Positions 18,186 to 28,927 of a stretch of DNA of 64,000 nt are shown here, piece after piece; the stretch's first letter is position 1, and every line of letters begins with the position of its first letter. Both the position numbers and the translations under genes were made by a program. The stretch covers positions 62,001-126,000 of IMG/VR virus record IMGVR_UViG_3300023049_000005. One strand, written 5' to 3'. Under the pieces are notes generated by a model that was not told the DNA's origin, did no database searches, and worked only from the letters and a program-made list of their open reading frames with translations.

Positions 18186-19289
18186 TTAAAAGTCTAGTTC
18201 ATCGAAGTCGTCGTCACCGACAGTTACTTCATCATCATCAAAACTTTCTAATTCATCTGAATCACCACCATCATCCACATCATCAAAAGAGAACTCTTCG
18301 GGTTTTGTAGAGTCGTTAGAACTTGAACTACTAAAAGTTTTAGAAGATGCTTTTCCTGTTAAGAAATCGATAGCTTCTGATACTTTCTTTTGCATTTCTT
18401 CGTTCCATGCTTTACCTGCGAAAGATTCTAAATCAATATCTCTTGAAAGTAACATGTTAACGATCTTTTCTTGGTGTTCTTTCTTGAACTTACCATCTTC
18501 CATAGGAACTCTGATGAATTTATATGATCCATCTTCTTCCTTAGCGATTGGAATAGTTGTTGTTTCATCATAGAATCTACTCTTAGTGTAATCAGGAGCA
18601 GTAACTTCTTTGCCGTCTTGATTAGTGAAAGTATTCTCTTTGGCTAAAAGAACAAAGTCTTTGCCTGTTTTTGGAGAAAATACATCACATGGTACACCTG
18701 TTGCTTCACCTTCTTTCTCACTTACGATAATGTCTTTGATTTGCTTTCCGTAAGAGAAAACCATGATTTTACCAACTAATTCAGGTTGTTGCTCATCTTC
18801 CAATATTAATACGTAAGAAAAATATTTCTTTTGGTATTTAATCTGATTAGCTTTCTCTTTCAAGATTGCGTTATCTGATTTACTTAATTGAAAGTAAGTT
18901 GTCGCCAAAGGACCGTACTTATCAGTAGAGTGTGGCTTCATTGTTTTAGGGTTGATGTTCGTTGGATCATCATAATACCCTCTTACATGAGACATTGCCT
19001 CGTTTTGGATATTTAGGTAGTGAGTCACTTTCTCAAAGTGAGCAGGACCTGATGCTACTTCCATATCCTCATTGTACTTATCACCCGCATATGCTTTCAT
19101 ATACTCGTGGTTGTTTGTGAAGTTAGGTAGGAAACGCAATTTGGCTCTATAGCCCCTTGCTTTGTTTTCTGAACTAACTTTTTCTAGGTCTACTCTATAT
19201 AGACCATCTTGTCCCCTTTCGGTACTTTTCTCCTCAAAGGACGTTTTTTTGCTTAATTTTTCGTCATCGAATAAATCTTCTGAATACAT
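18186..19289 (-). CDS. T4 gp32-like single-stranded DNA-binding protein
   Basis: LRFLPN, Y.LILED...PE.VGKI.VF.YG..I, G.DF.L, acidic tail ending in F. Confidence 0.88.
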   Translation of the reverse strand: MYSEDLFDDEKLSKKTSFEEKSTERGQDGLYRVDLEKVSSENKARGYRAKLRFLPNFTNNHEYMKAYAGDKYNEDMEVASGPAHFEKVTHYLNIQNEAMSHVRGYYDDPTNINPKTMKPHSTDKYGPLATTYFQLSKSDNAILKEKANQIKYQKKYFSYVLILEDEQQPELVGKIMVFSYGKQIKDIIVSEKEGEATGVPCDVFSPKTGKDFVLLAKENTFTNQDGKEVTAPDYTKSRFYDETTTIPIAKEEDGSYKFIRVPMEDGKFKKEHQEKIVNMLLSRDIDLESFAGKAWNEEMQKKVSEAIDFLTGKASSKTFSSSSSNDSTKPEEFSFDDVDDGGDSDELESFDDDEVTVGDDDFDELDF

Positions 19290-19456
19290 AATTTAATTAC
19301 TTTTTTTTTCTGCTAACTCTTGCTAGTTATGCTATTTATGTGCTACTATGTTATATAGATTCTTTGTTATAAAGTTTAAAACTAACTCGTTAATTTCCAA
19401 ATCCTTTAATATAACTTTTTAATATATAAGTAAATAGAAAAAAGTTTTAAAAAGAG

Positions 19457-20227
19457 TTGAAAATAATTAAAGAATTTTGGGAGTTTTCTAAAAACCTACA
19501 CAACCACAACGGTTACGTAAAGAGATCACATGAGATGTTAGTTGATGTAATTGACAAGTTTGTCCCCGAAGAAGGGAAGTGGTTCGAAGATAAAAACAAG
19601 AATGCTATCTTCATTAAAAAAGTAGAAGATGGTAAATATTATGGTCACAATAGAGATGGTCAGGATATTGAAGGAGACGTTCAAGATATCAGAAGTGAAT
19701 TAACTAATGAATTATACATAGGGAATAATTTTGTAGTAAGTAAAAAATTAGATAATAAAAAGCTACAATATGTGGGGGGTGGATCAGAAGCTATTGGAAT
19801 TTTTACCGATGGAGAATATGCTTATAAAATAATAAGACCTGATTTAGTTCCTGAAATAGATATTATTAAATCTAAATACGTGAATCTAGGTTGTCCATCC
19901 GTGATTAAAATACATGATGCGTGGTTAGAGGAAACAAGAGATGGTTGGGAAAATGTTATAATCAAAATGGAAGAACTAGAGCCTTTACCTTTAGAAAAAG
20001 TAAAAGATCAAGATGAATTAGAATGGGTAAGAAAAAGACTTTGGGAGTCACAAGACAACCAAGAACCCATTAAAGATTTAATACACGAAGTAAAAGATCC
20101 TGAAACCAAAAAGATGATACAAGCAATTATTGATGCCCAAAAATGTTTAGGACATTTGGATATTGGTTTACATAATTTAATGTATGATCCGAAAAATGAT
20201 CAATATAAGCAAATAGATATCTTTTAA
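19457..20227 (+). CDS. protein-kinase-like enzyme with CTS-like N-terminus
   Basis: YVGGGSEA loop, AYKII, HLDIGLHNLM, IDIF. Confidence 0.75.
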   Translation: MKIIKEFWEFSKNLHNHNGYVKRSHEMLVDVIDKFVPEEGKWFEDKNKNAIFIKKVEDGKYYGHNRDGQDIEGDVQDIRSELTNELYIGNNFVVSKKLDNKKLQYVGGGSEAIGIFTDGEYAYKIIRPDLVPEIDIIKSKYVNLGCPSVIKIHDAWLEETRDGWENVIIKMEELEPLPLEKVKDQDELEWVRKRLWESQDNQEPIKDLIHEVKDPETKKMIQAIIDAQKCLGHLDIGLHNLMYDPKNDQYKQIDIF

Positions 20228-20242
20228 TTTAATATATAGGTT

Positions 20243-22936
20243 ATGAAATTTATCAGAAGTAGAAACCAATTCAAAATATTAGAAAATGTACAACAAGCGA
20301 AGTCAGTCTTAAAGAAGTTTGATTTAGGTACATCACACCAAGACTATCAAAAGTTAAGAGAACTTATAGATGATGAGTTTGGTAATTTAAATTACTTGGG
20401 TCTTATGACTAAGTATAGATTCGAACAAGAGATTTCTATGGATGAATTAAAGGATATGTTACCTTGGTTAAAAGATAACGGTAATAGACTTCCAAAGAAT
20501 CCACTTAAATACTCAGAATTCGAGGAATTAAAGGATGATATTATCACAGTAGACAATAAACAAAGAGTAAAAGAAATTTATGATCTATACCCAAGAGCGC
20601 AAAAAGACGTAATGAATATAGAAGATGAAGAATTACAGAATAAGTTTTTAAAAATACATGAGATTAGTAAGATAGACCAATTCAAACAAAAACTATCTTC
20701 TTTAAAATCAGAGGAAGATATTAAAAGACATTTAAATGAGTTCATTTCTAAATATTCTAAAGACTTAACTGAGTTCGGTACTATACAAAAAATAAAGAAA
20801 ACGGATTCTAAAATCTTATATAAGAAAGGCGAAATTATAGTAGCTGAGGTATTTGATTATCCTGCTTCACAAAAACTAGGATCTTCTAATTGGTGTATAT
20901 CAACAGGAGAGGGTTCATTTAATTCTTATACTAGGGGAACTAAAAGACAATTCTTTATGTGGGATTTTTCTTTAGATCAAACTGATCCACTTTTCTTAGT
21001 GGGTTTCACTACTAACTCAAACGGAAGTATAACCAATATACATGATATGAGAGATAAGAGCTTAACAGGTAGTATTCCTGAAAAAGTAAGAACATCAATG
21101 TCTTCTATGGATATTTCTATAAAACCATTTGAATTCAAACAGCAGATATTTGATAAAGTAGAACGAGAAGATGATTTAGAATTAATCGAATTAGAAAACA
21201 CTGATTACGTATTACTACACCTAAAAAGTAGTTTATACCTAAATGATATAGTATTTAATAGTCTTACTTCATATGATAAGAAAGCAAATAACTATTACTT
21301 ATATGACTTCAGTAAAGATTTAAATTCTAATGATTTCTTTTGTCATATTAAAACAAATGAACTAAAAAGTGTTAAGAATATGACTGCTCATTATGGTACT
21401 GATACTAAACATTATGTATTAAATAACGGGAAAGTAACAACAAATGAATTCACAACAGAAGAGGACAAGTACATCTTATCTCTTTTCGAAAAAGAAATAA
21501 CGCCTAAAGACTTAACAAAATATTATGAAGATAAGAAAAAGACCTATTTAGACCAATTGGAAGATTTACCCGAAGAGATGGAAAGTCATTGGGGAACATC
21601 AAAACTTATTAAGGACACAGATAATCAGTTTTTATACCAAATAGGACATGGTAGAGATATAGAAAAGTTCAAATTTGATACCGATTATGGAATCAGGTAT
21701 GACAATAAAAGACAAGACGGCAGCTCTATACATAGTTCTAATCTATATGTTTTAGTTAATAAGAATTTAGAGCCAATGGATAAAGATTTTATACAAGTAA
21801 TATATGCTAAAGAAGGAGAATCAACAGTATATTTCCATTCTACTGATGAAGTAAAAAGAACTATTCCTAATGTAAGTTTACCTAAAGAAATAGGACAATT
21901 AATAGAGACGGGTGATATAGTACCTAAATCAGAAGCTGAGGTTAGAAAACAAATCAAAGAGAAACAAGACGAATTTTGGGCTGAGGTAGAGGAAAAATAT
22001 TCAGATCATAGAATAGATACATACGCACAAGCATTATATGACTATTTAGTAGAAATAGATGAAATAGATACAGAAGATTACCCTGATTATAAAAAAGTAA
22101 TCATACCTAATGATGCCCATTATGATTTATATCAGTTTTCTATTTATGATTATAGTTCAATGATATTAAATCAAAGATATAACGAAAGTAGTTATGCTAT
22201 TGGTACAGACGATGAAATGGATAAAGCCGCATATGAATACCAAAGCCAATTATTAGATGAGTTAGGATATGAAGGAATAAATGGTATTGAACAATTTATA
22301 AATGGTGAAGATGTTGCTGATAATTATTTATCAGGTGAACAAAGCTACTTAGAAGAAATGATTAGAGAAGACCCTGAGTATTATATAGAAAAGAAGAAAG
22401 TAGAAGGATATGATGAAAAATATGAAGCCTTAGAGAACCAAAAAGAGAAATTGGATGATCAAATATATGACCACGAACAAGATATTGAAGAATTCGGAAG
22501 AGATATTGAATCGGGTGAATATGATGAAGATTGGATAAGTAAAGCAAAAGAAGACATCAAAACATTAGAAACTGAAATAGAAGAATATAAAACCGAAATA
22601 GAAACCATTGATGAAACCATTGATGAAATGGATGATGAAGATAATGAAGAATATTGGGAATACAGAGAGGAAGATATCGAAGCTAAAGCTGAAGAGTTAT
22701 ATGATGAAAAATATGAAGAAGTAAAGAACGATCCCATAGAATATTTCAAAGAAATAGGATACGAAGAGTCTGCCTTAGCTAAAGAACTAGCACCTTATAT
22801 TGATAAAAAAGAAGTCATCGAATATATAATTGATAGTGACGGTAGGTCACACGGTTTAGCAGGATATGATGGACAAGAATATTATCATAATTTCGAAGAC
22901 GAAGATTATTATATCATAATAATTAACAAACACTAA
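20243..22936 (+). CDS. large acidic protein with WCI(S) motif and CTS-like N-terminus
   Basis: LGSSNWCIS motif (PcfJ-like), acidic coiled-coil C-terminus. Confidence 0.6.
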   Translation: MKFIRSRNQFKILENVQQAKSVLKKFDLGTSHQDYQKLRELIDDEFGNLNYLGLMTKYRFEQEISMDELKDMLPWLKDNGNRLPKNPLKYSEFEELKDDIITVDNKQRVKEIYDLYPRAQKDVMNIEDEELQNKFLKIHEISKIDQFKQKLSSLKSEEDIKRHLNEFISKYSKDLTEFGTIQKIKKTDSKILYKKGEIIVAEVFDYPASQKLGSSNWCISTGEGSFNSYTRGTKRQFFMWDFSLDQTDPLFLVGFTTNSNGSITNIHDMRDKSLTGSIPEKVRTSMSSMDISIKPFEFKQQIFDKVEREDDLELIELENTDYVLLHLKSSLYLNDIVFNSLTSYDKKANNYYLYDFSKDLNSNDFFCHIKTNELKSVKNMTAHYGTDTKHYVLNNGKVTTNEFTTEEDKYILSLFEKEITPKDLTKYYEDKKKTYLDQLEDLPEEMESHWGTSKLIKDTDNQFLYQIGHGRDIEKFKFDTDYGIRYDNKRQDGSSIHSSNLYVLVNKNLEPMDKDFIQVIYAKEGESTVYFHSTDEVKRTIPNVSLPKEIGQLIETGDIVPKSEAEVRKQIKEKQDEFWAEVEEKYSDHRIDTYAQALYDYLVEIDEIDTEDYPDYKKVIIPNDAHYDLYQFSIYDYSSMILNQRYNESSYAIGTDDEMDKAAYEYQSQLLDELGYEGINGIEQFINGEDVADNYLSGEQSYLEEMIREDPEYYIEKKKVEGYDEKYEALENQKEKLDDQIYDHEQDIEEFGRDIESGEYDEDWISKAKEDIKTLETEIEEYKTEIETIDETIDEMDDEDNEEYWEYREEDIEAKAEELYDEKYEEVKNDPIEYFKEIGYEESALAKELAPYIDKKEVIEYIIDSDGRSHGLAGYDGQEYYHNFEDEDYYIIIINKH

Positions 22937-22968
22937 ACTTTATTTTATTTATTAATATAAAAAGTAAA

Positions 22969-23382
22969 ATGAAAATAGATAAGAGCAATTATAGCCTAGT
23001 ATTAATGTTTAGTACTGAAGGCAATTACAATGGATCTTTCAACGTTGTATACAAAGACAGAATTTTTTCTAAAGAAACTGAAATATATGATGCTTCATAT
23101 ATAACAGAAGAAGAAAAGGGTTATCCTCTTTCTGATACATTGAAAAAGTCTTTGAAACAAATTGGAGGAATAATAGGAAAGGAATTTTCCAAAAAAGGAT
23201 ATGTTGTTTCTAATATTCATCTAGAATATTCACCCAATAAAGGAAACATTAAAATAATGTTTGCAACAGGAGATAATACAAACGAAGTTTCTTTTTCACT
23301 AATGGAGAATAAGCAAGTGTGTAAAAAGGCATTAAGTCTTTCTAGAAGTATATCAAATTATATGATGAAGAAATTAAAGTAA
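22969..23382 (+). CDS. hypothetical protein
   Basis: ORF followed by a bidirectional terminator. Confidence 0.6.
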   Translation: MKIDKSNYSLVLMFSTEGNYNGSFNVVYKDRIFSKETEIYDASYITEEEKGYPLSDTLKKSLKQIGGIIGKEFSKKGYVVSNIHLEYSPNKGNIKIMFATGDNTNEVSFSLMENKQVCKKALSLSRSISNYMMKKLK

Positions 23383-23401
23383 GATTTGGCAAGGTGGTAG
23401 T

Positions 23402-23439
23402 AACAAAAAAGGAGTAGATTTTTCTACTCCTTTTTTGTT
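23402..23439. terminator. bidirectional intrinsic terminator
   Basis: AACAAAAAAGGAGTAGA-TTTT-TCTACTCCTTTTTTGTT. Confidence 0.8.
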
Positions 23440-23480
23440 TTAAACTGTTGTTAATAATATCTATGGGATTGTGCGTCATA

Positions 23481-24515
23481 TTACTTATTGAACCTAATGA
23501 ATGCGTTTTGTGTCATATGAACATATTCTGCCTTTCCTATAAATTCAACGAGATTGCGTTTACCACAATAACTCATTGCGCTTTTTAAATAGTCTCTGAA
23601 ATTCTCAGTCCAACCACTAAGAGTATATTCTACTTTGCTATACTTAGTAATACCCTCACTAGTGGTTAGTTTTTTCTTTCCCCATTTCTTTTGAACTTCT
23701 TTAGTGGACATTCCTCTATAATATGAGAATATAATTTCTCCTTCTTTAAGAAGTTTTTCGGCTTTGTTGTTAGTTATCTCTATGTAGTTATCTTTTTCTA
23801 ATATGTATTTAGGTGTACATGATTCTAATGTTTTGTTTAGAATCCCACCTAACATAATATAATTTGCGCCAACCGCTAATGCTTTAATAATATCACTGAA
23901 GTTTCTAAACCCACCATCAGCTACTATCTTAGTATCATATCCTTTAGATCTCTTGATCTTAGCACACTCTTCTACCAATGATCCCATAGGATAATGTACT
24001 GATGTGTTTGCACTAGTCGTACAAGCAGACCCACCGCCTATACCACAACGCACATAGTCTACACCTATTTTACCATATTCTCTAAAGGTTTCAGGGTTAG
24101 CTATATTACCTATCATTAATTCTTTATCAGGGAACTTCTCTTTGTATTCCTTGGATAGATCCAATAATTTTTTCATATGACCATTAGCAACATCTACTAA
24201 TAATTTTTGTGGTGGGTTTTGGTTAATGCTAATAATATCTTCGAATTCTGATATACTGACAGAGATAAAATACTTATCTACGTCTTCGTTTTTCCATACA
24301 CTATTAGTATCTTCTGTTCTTGGTATACATACCTCAAATCCCCTTTCTAAGAATTTATCATAGTTTTCCATATCTACTACTGTATCCATGGGTGATACGA
24401 CTAAGGGTAATTTGCCCCCTTTATAGTAGATGTTTACTTCACTTCTAGATTCTATATCAGAGATTGCTGCAGGAACAATAGTAATATCATTCCAATCGAA
24501 CTTTAAATTATCCAT
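23481..24515 (-). CDS. GMP reductase / IMP dehydrogenase family enzyme
   Basis: SPMDTV, VDVANGH, GIGGGSACTT, IVADGG, YRGMST. Confidence 0.9.
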   Translation of the reverse strand: MDNLKFDWNDITIVPAAISDIESRSEVNIYYKGGKLPLVVSPMDTVVDMENYDKFLERGFEVCIPRTEDTNSVWKNEDVDKYFISVSISEFEDIISINQNPPQKLLVDVANGHMKKLLDLSKEYKEKFPDKELMIGNIANPETFREYGKIGVDYVRCGIGGGSACTTSANTSVHYPMGSLVEECAKIKRSKGYDTKIVADGGFRNFSDIIKALAVGANYIMLGGILNKTLESCTPKYILEKDNYIEITNNKAEKLLKEGEIIFSYYRGMSTKEVQKKWGKKKLTTSEGITKYSKVEYTLSGWTENFRDYLKSAMSYCGKRNLVEFIGKAEYVHMTQNAFIRFNK

Positions 24516-24694
24516 ATTTATATTTTAGATTTTTCGGTATAACACCAAATCTTATATAAATAGAAACAGAAAAAGTTTCGATATATCGAGTAAAATAATT
24601 TAATATATAGTTTAATAGACGAGACAATAGGAAATAAGAAAAAAGTGAGAAAAAAACAATAATATATATTATAGAAAAAATAAAAGAAATTAAT

Positions 24695-25984
24695 ATGATT
24701 AATTTAAAATTAGAGCTTTATAACTTCAAAAAAGGTCTAGACTTCGAAGAACAAGAGGATATTTCAAGAATAGTTGAAACACATTTCAACCATGTAGGAA
24801 ATTATTCTGAGAAACAAATAATAAGATCTCTTAATGAGAAATTATCAGTTCATACTTATGATAAGAGCGTGATATCTCTATTAGAGAACCTTAACACAGA
24901 CTTAAAAAGTAATGAGTTAATTTATGACTTAAAGGATTTATTTAAGATCATTGAATCAAAAAACCAAGGAATGATTTACAGACAAGCACTTAATGTGTTG
25001 TTAGAAATCATTAACACTGAGGATGAATCAGATGTAAAGAATAAGATATTGAACGAATTGGCACTCCATGACTGGGTTCCTGAGATCAAAGTATTTTTAC
25101 ATAACTTACACAGCAATCCTGAAAAGAAAAACAACTTACTTAACGGTGGTGAAGCAAGCAACTTATTTACAATTGTAGAACAAGTTGAAAACGGACACGT
25201 TGCTTTAATTGATAGCAATTGGTTTTTCTTAGGGGAAGACAAAGTAGAAAAAACATTATTAGAAAACCACATTAAGGAAGCTGATAAAGTTGCTACATTA
25301 CGTCAATTACAAACAGCATTAGAATATGCTACTATCTCAGAACATAGAATTGATTTCAAATTAGATGAAAACATTACAGTTGGTATTTCAGTAGATGAAA
25401 ACTCAACTTTCATTAATGAAGATAAATTAGAGAAGGAAACTTCAATTGAGAATTTATTTAACTCTCCAATTGTACCTATCGCTAAAAAGACTTTCTTCCC
25501 ATTAATTAAATCAATTTCTGAGAACAAAGATAAGATCGTTGATCTAGATGTTGTTAAACATGTTTCTAACGTAGGAAATCCATTTGTTGAATGTTTTGCT
25601 TTTAATCATGGAAATGAAGTTTATCTATACAGAAAAGATTCTAGACAAGGAACAAGTTTCTACAAATATGAATCAGCGACTGAATTAGTAAATGACGTGA
25701 AAAACGATTTACAATATGATCTAACTTATTTCTTTGAAAATAAATTAGACAAAGAGGTTATTAAACACAGAAAGTTAGAAGATAAGATCAGAGAGCTTGA
25801 AGTAAGCTTAGATGATATCGAAACTAATAAAGAAAGGGTTGACGCTAATATCAAAATGATAGGCGAAAGCGAAGTATTAGACAAAGCTTTACAACTCTTA
25901 GAAAAAAAGAAAGAAGAAGTTACTTCTGAGCTTAATGCTGCTAAAAGAGTAATGTCTGATTCTAGAGAGAAAAGTTTTTCATAA
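24695..25984 (+). CDS. late hypothetical protein, likely structural
   Basis: AATATATA motifs upstream, coiled-coil C-terminus, terminator at 26007-26034. Confidence 0.55.
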   Translation: MINLKLELYNFKKGLDFEEQEDISRIVETHFNHVGNYSEKQIIRSLNEKLSVHTYDKSVISLLENLNTDLKSNELIYDLKDLFKIIESKNQGMIYRQALNVLLEIINTEDESDVKNKILNELALHDWVPEIKVFLHNLHSNPEKKNNLLNGGEASNLFTIVEQVENGHVALIDSNWFFLGEDKVEKTLLENHIKEADKVATLRQLQTALEYATISEHRIDFKLDENITVGISVDENSTFINEDKLEKETSIENLFNSPIVPIAKKTFFPLIKSISENKDKIVDLDVVKHVSNVGNPFVECFAFNHGNEVYLYRKDSRQGTSFYKYESATELVNDVKNDLQYDLTYFFENKLDKEVIKHRKLEDKIRELEVSLDDIETNKERVDANIKMIGESEVLDKALQLLEKKKEEVTSELNAAKRVMSDSREKSFS

Positions 25985-26182
25985 ATCTTAATATTAATCA
26001 TCGAAGAAAGAGATAGTAACCTATCTCTTTTTTTGTGTCTAATAGTCTGATAATCAGATAGTTATAAACTTTTTTTAAAGTATTACTATAAGTAACAGCA
26101 TATAAATAGCACATAATAGCACATAATAGCCCAAACGATTAAAAACCCCTTGTAGAAAGGAAGAAAAAAATTAAAAAGGACT

Positions 26183-26551
26183 ATGTACTTATCATCAAAA
26201 AAATTATTCTGTGAGATCATCATTTCAAAAGCAAAAGGAGATCTTACTAGGAAAGCACAATCTATGCTAATATTATTAGCAGATAGAACAATAGAGAAAT
26301 TCACATACTATGACCCTGAAGATAAATTTGATTGTTATCAACAAGGGCTATACGATCTGTTTAAGAATTGGCATTTGTTTAATGAACAAAAATCAGAGAA
26401 TGCGTTTGCATACCTAACAGAAATATTTAAGCGTGGTGCTACACAAGGGCTGAATAAGATTCATAAAAGAAAGGGGTCTGATGGTACTAATATAAAAGTT
26501 TATAGTATAGACAGTATTAATGATGGGCAAGGAATGCATAATATCATTTAA
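26183..26551 (+). CDS. T4 gp55-like late sigma factor
   Basis: F(N)EQKSENAFAYLTEI matches the gp55 region 2 motif. Confidence 0.75.
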   Translation: MYLSSKKLFCEIIISKAKGDLTRKAQSMLILLADRTIEKFTYYDPEDKFDCYQQGLYDLFKNWHLFNEQKSENAFAYLTEIFKRGATQGLNKIHKRKGSDGTNIKVYSIDSINDGQGMHNII

Positions 26552-26562
26552 ATATATACTGT

Positions 26563-27039
26563 ATGAAAATAATTAAACCATTCAGTAAATTTTTAGAATC
26601 ACATGAATTTACATTAGACAAAGGAAGTAAATTTTTCGATAAAGTATACTTTCCTAATATAGCTATTCTCCCTAAAGAGAATGAGGTTTCCTTCTCATAC
26701 CAATCTCCACATAATTATGATCTAGAAATCGATATTAGATTTGATATCAGAACAGGAAACTTTACAAGAGGAACAATCGGTCATTTAGTAAAAGGATGGT
26801 CATTTGATATAGGTAAAGGTCATAAAGAAATTAGTGGGTTCGAAGATGATAGTGAACATTTCGAAACACTAATAAAGATATCACAACAAGCAGTAAGAGA
26901 AGAGTTAAAACAATTACAAGAAGTAGCATCAAAAGAACCTACTTTAAAAGCAGAAGGTGATCTATATTATGATACTGACTTCTTGTTTAATACTACTGTT
27001 GATATAATCAAAACAAGTGCCTATAAAGGTATGTTTTAA
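26563..27039 (+). CDS. hypothetical protein with CTS-like N-terminus
   Basis: MKIIKPFSKFLES; AATATATA 4 nt upstream. Confidence 0.6.
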   Translation: MKIIKPFSKFLESHEFTLDKGSKFFDKVYFPNIAILPKENEVSFSYQSPHNYDLEIDIRFDIRTGNFTRGTIGHLVKGWSFDIGKGHKEISGFEDDSEHFETLIKISQQAVREELKQLQEVASKEPTLKAEGDLYYDTDFLFNTTVDIIKTSAYKGMF

Positions 27040-27668
27040 GTGGTTTCTAATTCTTCTTCCTCTTTCGTTAAATTAGGTATATAAAGGTTAGTTGGTTCGT
27101 CTTTTTTGACCTCAATACCACTATAATCACCCCTAAATCCACTAATATTAAAGGGTCTTACTATTAGGTGAATACCACTATTAGACTTCACCTCAGTTAC
27201 ATATTTAGTAACATCGATAGGTTTATAATTTTCTAGATCTGCTTTTAATGTATCTAAGTTAAACATTGGGTCTTCTAAGTTCTCCTTATCGATATCTATG
27301 ATCCATTTAGTATCGGATTCAGCAGCATATCTTCCTGCACAAGAAGAAAACACCTTTGATAATCTATGGTAATTCTCGCTGTCTATTACATCCATGATGT
27401 CTTTAGTCATCTTAGTTGCTAACTTCTTATAACTCCTTTTATTTAATCGGATAGTAACTCTTGCGTTATACTTCTCAGCATATTCAATCATTCTTTCTTT
27501 TTTATTATCAAAGTACTCAAAACTATTTATATAATAATCTCTGATCACAGCCGTATCCTTGTCCATATCAGGGTTATCTTTTCTTCTCTTTAGTATCTGT
27601 ACGTAATAAAAATCTTCTTTAGAGTCAAATGACATTAGTTTTTTAATGTCGTCAAAATTGTCAATCAT
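27036..27668 (-). CDS. AEP (primase-polymerase)-fold protein
   Basis: WIIDID and SNSGIHLI catalytic-type motifs. Confidence 0.55.
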   Translation of the reverse strand: MIDNFDDIKKLMSFDSKEDFYYVQILKRRKDNPDMDKDTAVIRDYYINSFEYFDNKKERMIEYAEKYNARVTIRLNKRSYKKLATKMTKDIMDVIDSENYHRLSKVFSSCAGRYAAESDTKWIIDIDKENLEDPMFNLDTLKADLENYKPIDVTKYVTEVKSNSGIHLIVRPFNISGFRGDYSGIEVKKDEPTNLYIPNLTKEEEELETT

Positions 27669-27769
27669 ATGTAATAAATTATTTTATATTATATAACAAA
27701 GGTAGTTATTAGTTTTTGTTTTAGGGGAATAAAATTTATCAAATATATAGAAAAAATATAAACGAGTAT

Positions 27770-28291
27770 ATGAGCATATTTCCCGATAGAAAAGATCTAG
27801 GTAAAATACAAGAAGTAGGATACCAAAGCGACCTTGTAGAACAGCTACATGATGCTGTTAAGAACATAGATTATGATAATCTAAACGATGAACCTAATTT
27901 AAAAATAAACGAAGTTGAGAAATCTAAAACGTTCGTGTGGACAAGAGTTTATTTAAAGGAAGATAAAGAAAATATCAAAAAGGGGGATAAAGTATTCTTA
28001 AAATATATTCCAACAAATGAGGAAATCGAAATGATATTTGGCGCATATGAAAAATTAGGACTTAATAAAAACTTTGATGATGAAGTAACTAACTATATCT
28101 CTGATGACGATAAGAAAATACTTTGTTGTATGATCGACCAAAATAGACTTAATAATGATTCAGATGATATACCTAATTTAAGAACGTTTTTTAGGAATTC
28201 AAGATACTATGAAGAAAATCTATTCTTTAAAAGAGATCTAGAAGTTTGGGTAAATGGTGAGCAATTAGAATACGCTTCAATTAGTTTTTAA
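27770..28291 (+). CDS. hypothetical protein
   Basis: ORF with AATATATA upstream. Confidence 0.6.
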   Translation: MSIFPDRKDLGKIQEVGYQSDLVEQLHDAVKNIDYDNLNDEPNLKINEVEKSKTFVWTRVYLKEDKENIKKGDKVFLKYIPTNEEIEMIFGAYEKLGLNKNFDDEVTNYISDDDKKILCCMIDQNRLNNDSDDIPNLRTFFRNSRYYEENLFFKRDLEVWVNGEQLEYASISF

Positions 28292-28927
28292 TACACTATC
28301 GATAAAATCGTCTCTTTTTTTTGGATCTTTATTGTAAATACTTTTCAATATTTCCGATACTCCTTCTTCTATTTCTATTATAGAATTACCGATATCTTTA
28401 TATCTAGTTAATTTCTCATGACTTTTAGGATCTGTTATCTCGCTGTTTAAGTCATTTATGATATTAATTACCTGCGTACTAAGACTATTATACACAATTC
28501 TATCTTCTTTGTCTAAATATTTTGCACATTCATAAGTATATTCTTTTATCAAATCCATATATGCTTTAGTTATCCAAATGAAATAGCACAATTTAACAGT
28601 TTTCACGTACATCAGGATATCATAATGTATTTTACTAATAGGAGTTAATATGATTCTCAATAGTATATCTACCTTTTTGTCACGATGATATAAGTTATTT
28701 CCATAAACATCGTCTTTTATATCATAATAGATAGTAATTCCGTGTGAAATTAAAACGAAAAAAGCACCACATATAAGTAAAGTAATTCCTATTTTTGAAT
28801 GTACGGGGATTATAATAAACGAAAACAGAAATAAAAAAGTAACAAAGAACCTTATATAAAATAAACATCTGAGAGCAGAGGTAATAAATAATGAGATTCT
28901 ATTTGATGTTGTTATAGTTCTATACAT
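28277..28927 (-). CDS. membrane protein, C-terminal motif family
   Basis: two N-terminal TM helices; ends RDDFIDSVLKTN. Confidence 0.65.
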   Translation of the reverse strand: MYRTITTSNRISLFITSALRCLFYIRFFVTFLFLFSFIIIPVHSKIGITLLICGAFFVLISHGITIYYDIKDDVYGNNLYHRDKKVDILLRIILTPISKIHYDILMYVKTVKLCYFIWITKAYMDLIKEYTYECAKYLDKEDRIVYNSLSTQVINIINDLNSEITDPKSHEKLTRYKDIGNSIIEIEEGVSEILKSIYNKDPKKRDDFIDSVLKTN

